From: Candidatus Yonathbacteria bacterium RIFOXYD1_FULL_52_36
Lineage (GTDB): Bacteria; Patescibacteriota; Minisyncoccia; Phycocordibacterales; UBA1539_B
Direction of reading: 5' to 3'
Length of the DNA: 32,370 nucleotides
NCBI GenBank assembly: GCA_001823605.1
Contig: MHUZ01000012.1
Location: 1 to 32,370 of the forward strand
A model generated the notes under the pieces. It saw only the letters and a list, made by a program, of their open reading frames with translations, was not told the origin of the DNA and searched no databases. Made by a program: the position numbers and the translations under genes. Positions 13,651-21,985 of the stretch are shown here, piece by piece. Every line of letters starts with the position of its first letter. Within the stretch, counting starts at the first letter, position 1.

Positions 13651-16034
13651 TACTCGACGCTCTTGAGATCACCCCACGTCGGTCCTGTTGATGCATTCAC
13701 TGAAAGCGGTATCGGAAATTCAACCGCAGACTCCATCGCCTCTTTAATGATCGGCAGTGCGACATGAAGCGTCGCGTCTTCGATCTCATACACAAGTTCG
13801 TCGTGGATCTGAAGGAGGAGGTGTGCACTGCCCAGAAGATCTTTTTTTGCGAGTGCCTCATGCGCCTTCTTCATAGCGATCTTGATGAGGTCTGCGGCAG
13901 TCCCCTGCACCGGAGCATTCATCGCCATGCGTTCTGCGCCGGCGCGGATATACGGAATGTTTGAGCGGATCTGCTCGAATGAGCGCCGACGGCCGAAGTA
14001 TGTCTCCGTGTATCCCTTCTTCTTCGCATCACGGATAACATGCTCAAAGTATTCTGCGATCGCCGGAAACTTTTTAAAATAGGTATCGTAAAACTGCTGC
14101 GCTTCTTCGCGCGTGCCACCGAGGTTCTCGCGGAGCGCATTCACGCCCATGCCGTAGATGATGCCGAAGTTGATGACCTTGGCTTTGCGTCGCATGTCTT
14201 TCGTCACCTCGGACTCCTCAATGCCGAACACGTGCGCAGCGACCGATGCATGCACGTCTTTCCCTTCGTTGAAAATGCGGATGAGCTCCGGGTCCTCCGC
14301 AAGCACTGCGAGCACGCGGATCTCGATCTGTGAGTAGTCGAACGCGGCGAACGTGTGTCCCGCTTCTGCGACAAATGCGCGCCTGATCTCCACTCCCATA
14401 TCGCCTCGTGCGGGGATGTTCTGCAAGTTCGGATTTGTTGATGACATGCGCCCGGTCGTGGTGCCGGTCTGATTGAGCGTCGTGCGCAACCTACCACCCT
14501 CCCCCAGCATGTTCGGGATCGTGTCGATGTACGTCGAGAGCAACTTTTGCAATTCGCGGTAGCTCAAGATCGCTTCAATGATCGGATGCGCGCCTTTAAG
14601 TTTTGCGAGTTCCGACTCGCGTGTTGACCGTGCACCACCGGCAGTCTTTTTGAGCCCCTTCGTAGAGATGTGCATCACATCAAAAAGAATTTCGCCCAGC
14701 TGTTTTGGAGAACTGATATTAAATTCTTGACCGGCAAGTTTCCAGATGGTGCGCTCGATCTCGGTGCGCTCTTGGTGGAGTTTTTTTGAGAGATCGCTTA
14801 ACTGTTGCACGTTAACTTTTATCCCCTGCGTATGTGCAGCAGCGAGGATCGGAATGAGCGGAAGCTCGATCTCTTTATACACGTTAGTGAGCCCCGTGCG
14901 AGTGATCTCTTTTTCCAAGGCCTCGATCGCATCCGGAAGTGTCGTTGTTTTGGTGAACGCGCGAATATCCTCTGCCGATACATTCGTCATGTCAGAGTTG
15001 AGCAACCAGAGTGCGATCTGTGCGCGATGGAGATCTTCCGGAGATACCACTTCTTCTGCCGGGGGCTCGGGCGCATCTTCTGTCGCTTCCGTGTTTGATG
15101 TCGTACTCCCTACCAGTGCGTGTACGCGCGCACGAAGTCCTTTGAACTCGAGCTCTGCAAAGAGTGTTTCGAGGTCCTCGGGGACGAATCGTTTTTGCCA
15201 TGTCCCTTCCGGCATGACGAACTCAATCGGCGCATCGCGGCGGATTGTCGCCAATGTTTTCGAGAAGAGTGCATCCTCTTCGTGGGTACGCAAGATCTCG
15301 ATCACGCGCGGGGTAATGCCCGCGGTTTTGAAACGCTCGTCACTTTTTTTGAGTGCCTGATACATCTTCTCGATCGTGCCAAATTCTTTGATCAGTATGG
15401 TTGCGGTCTTCTCTCCAATACCGGGGACGCCGATAATGTTGTCTGATGGATCACCACGAAGTCCTTTGTAGTCCGGAAGCTTGTCGGGTGAAAATCCAAA
15501 CCGTTCCATGACCGCCTTCTCGTTGTACTGAATGGTGTCATTGAGTCCCTTCTTGAGCGTGTACACAGTGACGCGATCGTCCCAAACGAGCTGGAGCGTA
15601 TCCATGTCGCCCGACGCAATGATGATCCGCACGTCGCGGCGACCTTTCATTTGTTCGACAATGGTCCCTAAAATATCGTCGGCCTCAAATCCGGGACTCT
15701 CGTACGCGGGGATGTGAAACGCCCTGAACAGGTCGCGGCTCCGCTTGATCTGGTGCACAAGAGAATCATCCGCCTTGGCACGGCCTTGTTTATACGCATC
15801 ATATGCCTCGTGCCGAAACGTTGGCCCGGGAAGGTCATAGCACGCGATGATCTGGTCGGGCTTCAATTCTGCAATGATGCGCATGAGCATCGTGGAGATG
15901 CCATAGAGTCCTCCCGTTGGCTCACCCTTGCTCGAAGAGAACTCCGGCAGGGCGTGGTACGCGCGATGAATGATCGCGTGTGCGTCGAGGAGCACCAGTG
16001 TTGTTATTTCTTTTTTGTTTTTTGTGGTGGCCAT
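13650..16034 (-). CDS. polA: DNA polymerase I
   Basis: 794 aa. 5'-nuclease N-terminal domain (LLDAHAIIHRAYHAL, GIGEKTA). Polymerase motif A DYSQIEIRVLA, motif B RRKAKVINFGIIYG, motif C LLQIHDELV. Confidence 0.95.
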   Translation of the reverse strand: MATTKNKKEITTLVLLDAHAIIHRAYHALPEFSSSKGEPTGGLYGISTMLMRIIAELKPDQIIACYDLPGPTFRHEAYDAYKQGRAKADDSLVHQIKRSRDLFRAFHIPAYESPGFEADDILGTIVEQMKGRRDVRIIIASGDMDTLQLVWDDRVTVYTLKKGLNDTIQYNEKAVMERFGFSPDKLPDYKGLRGDPSDNIIGVPGIGEKTATILIKEFGTIEKMYQALKKSDERFKTAGITPRVIEILRTHEEDALFSKTLATIRRDAPIEFVMPEGTWQKRFVPEDLETLFAELEFKGLRARVHALVGSTTSNTEATEDAPEPPAEEVVSPEDLHRAQIALWLLNSDMTNVSAEDIRAFTKTTTLPDAIEALEKEITRTGLTNVYKEIELPLIPILAAAHTQGIKVNVQQLSDLSKKLHQERTEIERTIWKLAGQEFNISSPKQLGEILFDVMHISTKGLKKTAGGARSTRESELAKLKGAHPIIEAILSYRELQKLLSTYIDTIPNMLGEGGRLRTTLNQTGTTTGRMSSTNPNLQNIPARGDMGVEIRRAFVAEAGHTFAAFDYSQIEIRVLAVLAEDPELIRIFNEGKDVHASVAAHVFGIEESEVTKDMRRKAKVINFGIIYGMGVNALRENLGGTREEAQQFYDTYFKKFPAIAEYFEHVIRDAKKKGYTETYFGRRRSFEQIRSNIPYIRAGAERMAMNAPVQGTAADLIKIAMKKAHEALAKKDLLGSAHLLLQIHDELVYEIEDATLHVALPIIKEAMESAVEFPIPLSVNASTGPTWGDLKSVE

Positions 16035-16492
16035 AGGCGTGATAATTTTGCGGGAATGGTGATCGTACGAGTGGTGTCATTAACGAACGCAAGGTCCACG
16101 GTGAACGCATGGCGCGGGAGACTTCCCGGCACCTGCTCAGGCCACTCGATCACGATGAGATTGTTGTGGTGTGCAAGCGCCTCGTCCCAGCCGATCGCTT
16201 CGAGCTCACGCTTCCCCTCGAGACGATACGCGTCGATGTGAATCAAATGTTCGAACGGGCTTCCCTTCGGCAGTTTGTAGATCTTCTCGATCACAAAGGT
16301 TGGGCTCGTGATCGCACGTTTCACGCCGAGCTGTTTACCGAGTGCTTTCGTGAGTGCAGTCTTCCCCGCACCCAAGTTGCCCCGAAGGGCGAGCACCGTG
16401 GCACGACCCGAGATGCCCGCGTGCCCGAGCGCAAAGAGAAGATCGCGAGCGACCGCTTCAGTCTCTTGAATACTTTTGGAGATGAGTTTCAT
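16004..16492 (-). CDS. tsaE: tRNA t6A37 biosynthesis ATPase TsaE
   Basis: LRGNLGAGKTALTKALG (P-loop), ITSPTFVIEKIY, HIDAYRL. The 3' end overlaps the polA start by 31 nt. Confidence 0.88.
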   Translation of the reverse strand: MKLISKSIQETEAVARDLLFALGHAGISGRATVLALRGNLGAGKTALTKALGKQLGVKRAITSPTFVIEKIYKLPKGSPFEHLIHIDAYRLEGKRELEAIGWDEALAHHNNLIVIEWPEQVPGSLPRHAFTVDLAFVNDTTRTITIPAKLSRLWPPQKTKKK

Positions 16493-16522
16493 ACGATCGG
16501 CTTACCCTGCATTTTACCACGA

Positions 16523-16551
16523 AAAACCCCCGCAATTATGCGGGGGTTTTT
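16523..16551. terminator. Palindromic terminator after the large surface-protein gene
   Basis: aaaaacccccgca-atta-tgcgggggttttt. Confidence 0.75.
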
Positions 16552-16578
16552 CGTGTTCAATCTATGAACAATTTTGAG

Positions 16579-19008
16579 TTACTGGATCGTCTGTGAGTGG
16601 CGACGCTCCTCATAGATCCTGCGTCGTGAATTCTGGATCGAGACGATCAAGAATACAATGATGAGGATGAGGATGAGCAAGATGAACCACTCGATCACGG
16701 TGTCCGGAAAGAATCCGAGCCCGATGAGACTTGCGCTGAGTGCGTTTGCGCGACCATCGGTCACGGTGTGGATCGCATAAGCGATCGCATCACCCTGCGT
16801 GTTCGTGCGCGTGTCGGTGTACACCAGGACCACGCTCGTCACCAACACTTTGCCAATCGCCGTGTCGGGAAGCACACATGCTTCCACGGTCACCTCGCCC
16901 GTTGCTCCCGGCAAAAGTTCGCCGAGCACCACGGTGAGGATATTTTCTTTCGTTGAGAAACTGCCGCGTGATGAACCAAGGTACTGCATTTCTTGCGGAA
17001 GCATTACGCGAAGCACTGAGTCAGTGAGACGTACGTTTCCTTTGTTCTCGTAGCGGATCACATACGTGATGCAATCATTTACGAATACCTGTTCGCGGAG
17101 TCCGATGATCGAGATCTCGATCGGTGATGTTACGCCCGTTCCTACGGTGCGTACAATGACCTGCGGCTCACGAATGGTGATGACGCGCGGTGGCTCTTGT
17201 ACAATAACCGGCGGCTGATAGATCACGGTCTGTCCTGATGTCGTGAACGAGAGTACTGATCCGCGACTCGTACCATACGAGTTCTGCGCAACAGCGCGGA
17301 AGTAGTACGTGGTGTTCGGAGCAAGACCGGTGATGGTTTCCGAGAACGCGATCGATGACTGCGTACCGATGTAGCGCGACGGCGTCGTGTTGCCGAGAAG
17401 TCCTGAGGTTACACCCCACTCGAACCATGCGTTCGTTGAAATGTTGCCGGTGATAAGTGCCAAGCCGTTGAGCTTGCCTGATGTCTGAGTGACGGTCGTC
17501 GCAAGGTTCGTTATCGCGGTCGGGGTAGTCCCCTGTCCATACCCGCTGCCCGTAGTGAAGGATAGTGTACTTCCGTATGCCGTACCGTACGAGTTCTGCG
17601 CGGCTGCGCGGAAGTAGTACGTAGTGTTCGGCTGAAGACCTGAGATCGTTTCACTGAAGTCTCCTGCGTACGATCCTTGCGTGATACGCGTTGTCTGGTT
17701 GCCCAAACTGTACGATGTACCCCACTCGAACCAACGCGTTGTGTTGTATGAGTATCCGCCGTATGAAACGTTCGGATTCACATAACCGTTCAACGTTGCA
17801 TAGTTCTCACTGATGTTTGTTGCTGGCTTCGTTGTTACTCCAGGCGCCTGGTTTGCACCTCCGCCTGTCGTCGTGAAACTAAGAACACTGCCATACACCG
17901 TGCCGGCCGAGTTTTGCGCGGCTGCGCGGAAGTAGTACGTGGTGTTCGGAGCCAACCCAGATACAGACGAACTGAATTCTCCGTCGTATGACTGATTGAA
18001 GCGTGTCGTCTGATTGCCGAGAGAGTATGACGTCCCCCACTCGAACCAGCGCGTTACATCGCTCGTGCTGTTGGTCGTAAGGTACCCGCGAAGCGTTGCG
18101 GAATTTTCAAGAATGTTCGTGGCTGGATTCGTGGTAACTGACGGAAGTTGATTGTATGAACCGCCCGTCGTAGTGAAGCTCATGATCGAGCCGTACGCCA
18201 TGGTACCGGCCGAGTTTTGCGCAACAGCGCGGTAGTGATATGTCGTGTTTGGCGCAAGACCCGAGAGGTATTTGCTGAAGGCTCCAGATGAGTACTGCGA
18301 GGTGTGGGTCGTCTCACTTCCCAGCGAAGACGATGTCCCCCACTCGAACCAACGCTGCGTATTGTTGGTGTCAGTCGTGAGGTGTCCATTGAGTGTCGCG
18401 GAGTAAGTGTCGATGTTCGTGGCAGCATTGGTCGTTACGGAAAGTGTTCCACCCGATGAAGCATTCCCTACCAAGAAGTGTACGACGAGCGAACCTTGCG
18501 TTGCCCATCCGCACTCGATGTTGCCGATATTGACCCCGGTTGTGAAAAGTTCTTCACCGGTCTGTCCCTGCGGAAGCGACGTAACGCTTCCCTGCTGGTT
18601 CGGATACCAATACACGCGTCCCGGAATAAAGGTGAGCGTCTGTGAGCTCGAGAGTGTCACAGATGCATTTCCGTGTACCGAAGATGCATTGTCCGCAGAA
18701 ACGGTCGCGGTGAATGAATGCGTGGTGCCGTTTCCGGTCGTGCGCGGCGAAAGTTTGATGCGCACGTTTTGTGCGGTCGGATCCGTGGTGTTGTGATAAT
18801 AGACACTGAGCGCAACCACCTGCCCTGCGCTTGCAGACGTCGAAGATGACCAGCTGGTGGTCGATCCCGGGTTCTGTGTGTAGTTCGCGGCACGAAGCGT
18901 GGCGAAGTCTTGCGGGTCGTTGTTGAGCGACGCAGCAAATGCACCCTGCGGGAAAAATACCGCAAGGGAAAGGAAGACCGCTCCGACTGATTTAATAATT
19001 TTTTTCAT
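16579..19008 (-). CDS. Large cell-surface protein: signal peptide, N-terminal beta-sandwich-like domain, four RWFEWG-type Fn3-like repeats, DUF11-like domain, C-terminal TM anchor
   Basis: 809 aa. Signal peptide ends AFA. Four repeats ..ATNI.E..ATLNGY.....RWFEWGTSYSLGN.TT......F...ISGLAPNTTYYFRA.AQNS.GT.YGS.LSFTT. C-terminal WFILLILILIIVFLIVSI followed by a basic tail. Confidence 0.88.
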   Translation of the reverse strand: MKKIIKSVGAVFLSLAVFFPQGAFAASLNNDPQDFATLRAANYTQNPGSTTSWSSSTSASAGQVVALSVYYHNTTDPTAQNVRIKLSPRTTGNGTTHSFTATVSADNASSVHGNASVTLSSSQTLTFIPGRVYWYPNQQGSVTSLPQGQTGEELFTTGVNIGNIECGWATQGSLVVHFLVGNASSGGTLSVTTNAATNIDTYSATLNGHLTTDTNNTQRWFEWGTSSSLGSETTHTSQYSSGAFSKYLSGLAPNTTYHYRAVAQNSAGTMAYGSIMSFTTTGGSYNQLPSVTTNPATNILENSATLRGYLTTNSTSDVTRWFEWGTSYSLGNQTTRFNQSYDGEFSSSVSGLAPNTTYYFRAAAQNSAGTVYGSVLSFTTTGGGANQAPGVTTKPATNISENYATLNGYVNPNVSYGGYSYNTTRWFEWGTSYSLGNQTTRITQGSYAGDFSETISGLQPNTTYYFRAAAQNSYGTAYGSTLSFTTGSGYGQGTTPTAITNLATTVTQTSGKLNGLALITGNISTNAWFEWGVTSGLLGNTTPSRYIGTQSSIAFSETITGLAPNTTYYFRAVAQNSYGTSRGSVLSFTTSGQTVIYQPPVIVQEPPRVITIREPQVIVRTVGTGVTSPIEISIIGLREQVFVNDCITYVIRYENKGNVRLTDSVLRVMLPQEMQYLGSSRGSFSTKENILTVVLGELLPGATGEVTVEACVLPDTAIGKVLVTSVVLVYTDTRTNTQGDAIAYAIHTVTDGRANALSASLIGLGFFPDTVIEWFILLILILIIVFLIVSIQNSRRRIYEERRHSQTIQ
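17239..18444 (-). repeat. Four tandem ~300-nt intragenic repeats encoding the Fn3-like units
   Basis: Protein residues about 189-590. Recurring strings on the plus strand include gcgcggaagtagtacgt.gtgttcgg and cccactcgaaccа-type motifs (ccactcgaacca). Confidence 0.75.
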
Positions 19009-19133
19009 ACGACAGTTCTAAAACTTAATAAATTGCCTACTCATCTTTAAACCTTCAACACGACGGGGTTGAAGACTTAAGAATGAGCACCGAGCGAACG
19101 AACGTGAAGTTCGTTGCTCGATGCCAAATGGTG

Positions 19134-20267
19134 CTACTGCCACCCAGTTGATATTTCGCGCGGATGGCCGAAGTAATCACACCCCGCACCGACGCATTCA
19201 CTACTACCTGTTGGTGGACTCCTCGGATACCCAGGATTGTTGCAGTTGTTACCCACACAATCATCAGGACCAGTCGGCGGATCTGCCGGTCTGCCACCGC
19301 CACCGCAATTACGGCACGGGGGTGGAGGAGACGGTGGTCGATGGCGAGGACGATTGTTCCATTGACGGTTGTCGACATTGATTCGATGATCGTCACGATA
19401 ACTGCGGTGATCATCATAAGATCGACGATTGTCGTAACGGCGGTTGTCCCGAGAGCTATAGTCATTAAAGCTCCCGTTAATGCTGTGATCGTCGGAATAA
19501 TAGCGATCGCCGCTAAAACCGACGCCCACACCATACGCAACACCGGCAACATCTAACCCGCCATAGTACTCGTCGTACACCGGCTCACTCTCGACATAGA
19601 CCGGACGGTCTATGTACACCGGTCTTTCCACAACCTGTACCTCTGTACGGTACTCAACGCGTGGAGCCGGTGCGGTTTCTCTCATTCCATCATCCCGACT
19701 ACGTAAGTCGGCAATAGGATTGAGACACCACAGCGATCCAATATACGCACCCTCAAACAGTAGTGCGTCCTCCGTGCTCCCACTAGTGTGGGTGTATGGA
19801 TGGCGGGTAATTTCCTTGAAGCCGCCATTTGGACACACGCCGTCGGTAGAGATCTCACCCTTGCGCCACGAAGCCTTTACGACCTGCGCGGCGTTAATCG
19901 CATCGATCACCATCGCATCGGTGACCTCGCGACCGAACGTGCGAGACATCGCATTCCGATAGCGCGCCATCTTTTCGGGGCTACCTTGCAGCAGAGCAAT
20001 GAGCTCCGCCTTCGAGTAGGGGTTCCCCATTTTATACGGCGCGAACGGCTGAGCCTTCGTTTTCGGACAATCGTCCTGCATGGTGTGTGTAATCGGAACC
20101 GGCTCCCGTACTTCGGGACTGATCGCAACAGCACGGTCATTCACAGGAGCAACAACGTTTGTGCTCCTGTAGACTACCGGCTCGCGAGCATGATACCCAT
20201 ACGGTGTTGCACACCCCGTGAGCACCAATGCCAGAAATCCTAGCGCTACTATCCTGTAAAAGAACAT
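19134..20267 (-). CDS. Lipoprotein with a globular middle domain and an Arg/Asp/Tyr/Asn/Pro-rich, Cys-pair-containing tail
   Basis: 377 aa. Lipobox LVLTGC. GGAGG lies 5 nt before the ATG. Tail reads ...SRDNRRYDNRRSYDDHRSYRDDHRINVDNRQWNNRPRHRPPSPPPPCRNCGGGGRPADPPTGPDDCVGNNCNNPGYPRSPPTGSSECVGAGC.... Confidence 0.8.
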   Translation of the reverse strand: MFFYRIVALGFLALVLTGCATPYGYHAREPVVYRSTNVVAPVNDRAVAISPEVREPVPITHTMQDDCPKTKAQPFAPYKMGNPYSKAELIALLQGSPEKMARYRNAMSRTFGREVTDAMVIDAINAAQVVKASWRKGEISTDGVCPNGGFKEITRHPYTHTSGSTEDALLFEGAYIGSLWCLNPIADLRSRDDGMRETAPAPRVEYRTEVQVVERPVYIDRPVYVESEPVYDEYYGGLDVAGVAYGVGVGFSGDRYYSDDHSINGSFNDYSSRDNRRYDNRRSYDDHRSYRDDHRINVDNRQWNNRPRHRPPSPPPPCRNCGGGGRPADPPTGPDDCVGNNCNNPGYPRSPPTGSSECVGAGCDYFGHPREISTGWQ

Positions 20268-20355
20268 GGGACCTCCTTCCGGCTCCTCGCCGGTCTATAA
20301 TCATGAAAACCTATTGAAAGGGAACAACTGATGAAGCAAGTCCTTATTTATTAGT

Positions 20356-20384
20356 ATTATATCACTTCCACAAAAAAAAGTCAA
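20356..20384 (-). promoter_or_regulatory. Consensus promoter for the 19134-20267 lipoprotein gene
   Basis: Minus strand: TTGACT, 17 nt, TATAAT. The -35 is embedded in the upstream gene's terminator. Predicted 5' UTR is about 80 nt. Confidence 0.6.
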
Positions 20385-20407
20385 CCCCTTGGGGCTGACT
20401 TTTTTTA
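20372..20407 (-). terminator. Terminator after the 20444-21172 gene
   Basis: aaaaaaaagtcaacccc-tt-ggggctgacttttttt (one A-C mismatch). Confidence 0.65.
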
Positions 20408-20443
20408 TACCTAAAAATTAGACTTTTACCTGCGCTGGTAACG

Positions 20444-21172
20444 CTATGCGATCACCATTCCGCCTTCTTCGCGCTTCCTTCGTGAAGCTTCATGTGCGGC
20501 GCTTATGTTCATGAACGCAGCGGCGATGGCAAGTGCGATTGCAACGAGGATCAGAAATATCGTAAGTCCTCCAACTCCACCGTCGCTCTGTGCGGCATTC
20601 GCCGTGAGTGCGCCGGCACTCACACTTGCGGTGGTTGTGGCGCAGTCATCGTCTTTGTCAGTCGAGACGGCGGTCGTCTTTGTGGTCGTAGTTTTTGATG
20701 ATGCGGTTGAAGATGTTTTTGCGGCAGTAGCAGTTTGCGTGCTTCCGACCGCTGAAGGAGTATTGCTGTTTTGGGTTGCGGTGCTTACTACCGGCGCACT
20801 CTTTGTCGTGAATGAGAGCGTTTCACCATAGCGGGTCTCACCCTTGCCGATCACCGCGATACGATAGTAGTACCGTGTGCCCTTCTTAAGGCCGGTGAGG
20901 TTTTTGCTCTCGTTGTATTCATCCCAATATGTTTCAGATTGAGTTTGCTCGCCGAACGCCAATGTCTCACCCCACTCAAACCAAACGGTGGTTTTTTCCC
21001 AAGGAGCAAGGGCTGCATACCCGTTCAATTGCGCCCCTGTTTCAGTGATGTTCGTTGCGGGCATGGTCGTTGCAGTAAGGGTAGCAGTTGTCTCTGCCAA
21101 CGATACATGCGGAATAAGCGCAGCAAAAAGCACTGCGGCGATCAATGATTTAAATGTAAGTGTGTAATTCAT
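20444..21172 (-). CDS. Type I membrane-anchored surface protein with one RWFEWG-type Fn3-like domain and a Ser/Thr-rich stalk
   Basis: Start chosen at MNYTLTFKSLIAAVLFAALIPHVSLA (signal peptide). Domain ATNITETGAQLNGY...VWFEWGETLAFGEQT...LTGLKKGTRYYYRIAV...YGETLSFTT. T/S/A-rich linker and C-terminal TM plus basic tail. Track ORF extends to 21280. Confidence 0.8.
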   Translation of the reverse strand: MNYTLTFKSLIAAVLFAALIPHVSLAETTATLTATTMPATNITETGAQLNGYAALAPWEKTTVWFEWGETLAFGEQTQSETYWDEYNESKNLTGLKKGTRYYYRIAVIGKGETRYGETLSFTTKSAPVVSTATQNSNTPSAVGSTQTATAAKTSSTASSKTTTTKTTAVSTDKDDDCATTTASVSAGALTANAAQSDGGVGGLTIFLILVAIALAIAAAFMNISAAHEASRRKREEGGMVIA

Positions 21173-21215
21173 ATAGAGGTTTTGGGCTGACCAAGCACTG
21201 ATCAATAATGTATAT

Positions 21216-21244
21216 ATAGTACCATATATATAATATTTTGTCAA
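21216..21244 (-). promoter_or_regulatory. Consensus promoter for the 20444-21172 gene
   Basis: Minus strand: TTGACA (21244-21239), 17 nt, TACTAT (21221-21216). Confidence 0.6.
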
Positions 21245-21249
21245 GCAAA

Positions 21250-21286
21250 TAAAAAGGGCGTGGAGGTTTGATCCTCTCACGCCCTT
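21250..21286 (-). terminator. Terminator after the 21302-21745 gene
   Basis: Minus strand: agggcgtgagagg-atcaaa-cctccacgccc followed by ttttt. Confidence 0.65.
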
Positions 21287-21301
21287 TGGACTGCTTTGGC
21301 C

Positions 21302-21745
21302 TTAATCGCGATAATACCGCGCCTCTGGCCGCCATGGGTCATACTTTGGACGATAGTAGCCCGGGGCGACCTCTTGGCAGTCAAAGTTACGAGTCTCCCG
21401 GCAACGGTAACCATCATCATAGTAGTCGCCGTTGTCGTCGTAGTAACGGTCATCACGATACTGCGGCCGACCTTGGTACTGTTGACCGCCACCGCCTCTT
21501 GCTACGCGACTGATTGACTGGGTGTTTTGAGTAACCCCATTCAGAGCCATCATCGCACCCGCGCCAATTCCCGCAGCGCGCCCACTATCGCCGATGAGCA
21601 AGCCGGATATTCCGCCCACAATTGCGGCATTGGTATACCCTTGGATACTTCCCCGGGGATCGCCACGATAGCCATTCGGAGTGGCACAACCACTAAGAAC
21701 TGCTGTCATCACGACTAAAAACATTAACCCTTTTAACGTTTTCAT
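21302..21745 (-). CDS. Glycine-zipper lipoprotein with an Arg/Tyr/Asp-rich tail
   Basis: Start at MKTLKG (GAGGAG 6 nt upstream). Lipobox VLSGC. Glycine-zipper segment AAIVGGISGLLIGDSGRAAGIGAGAMMALNG. Tail GGGGQQYQGRPQYRDDRYYDDNGDYYDDGYRCRETRNFDCQEVAPGYYRPKYDPWRPEARYYRD. Confidence 0.8.
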   Translation of the reverse strand: MKTLKGLMFLVVMTAVLSGCATPNGYRGDPRGSIQGYTNAAIVGGISGLLIGDSGRAAGIGAGAMMALNGVTQNTQSISRVARGGGGQQYQGRPQYRDDRYYDDNGDYYDDGYRCRETRNFDCQEVAPGYYRPKYDPWRPEARYYRD

Positions 21746-21838
21746 GCTACGCTCCTCGGCCATTTTGGCCAAAAACTGTAAAATATCTTTATCTTGCAAG
21801 GATTTTTTCAAATCATTCAAGAACCTTCATCTGTGTAC

Positions 21839-21867
21839 AGTGTATCACAAATCAATAGAAATGTCAA
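21839..21867 (-). promoter_or_regulatory. Consensus promoter for the 21302-21745 gene; the -35 lies inside a 9-bp palindrome
   Basis: Minus strand: TTGACA (21867-21862), 17 nt, TACACT (21844-21839). gtcaagtgc/gcacttgac inverted repeat at 21863-21889. Confidence 0.6.
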
Positions 21868-21902
21868 GTGCCCCATGCATGCACTTGACCTGATCGTCTT
21901 CC

Positions 21903-21938
21903 AAAAAAATAGGCGTGGGGACAAGATCCCCACGCCTT
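21903..21938 (-). terminator. Terminator after the 21986-22444 gene
   Basis: Minus strand: aaggcgtgggg-atcttg-tccccacgcct followed by attttttt. Confidence 0.7.
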
Positions 21939-21985
21939 ATGTACTGAAAATGATGTGCAATTATTATGTACTACGCGAGGCGTTG

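Noticed and set aside
14746-16241. Plus-strand ORFs of 204 and 175 aa inside polA/tsaE
   Set aside because: They are antisense to genes with clear polymerase and P-loop motifs.
19055-19556. Several long ORFs in multiple frames on both strands in the 3' part of the 19134-20267 gene
   Set aside because: They are a consequence of stop-poor low-complexity sequence. Only the minus frame connects to a lipobox, an SD and a promoter.
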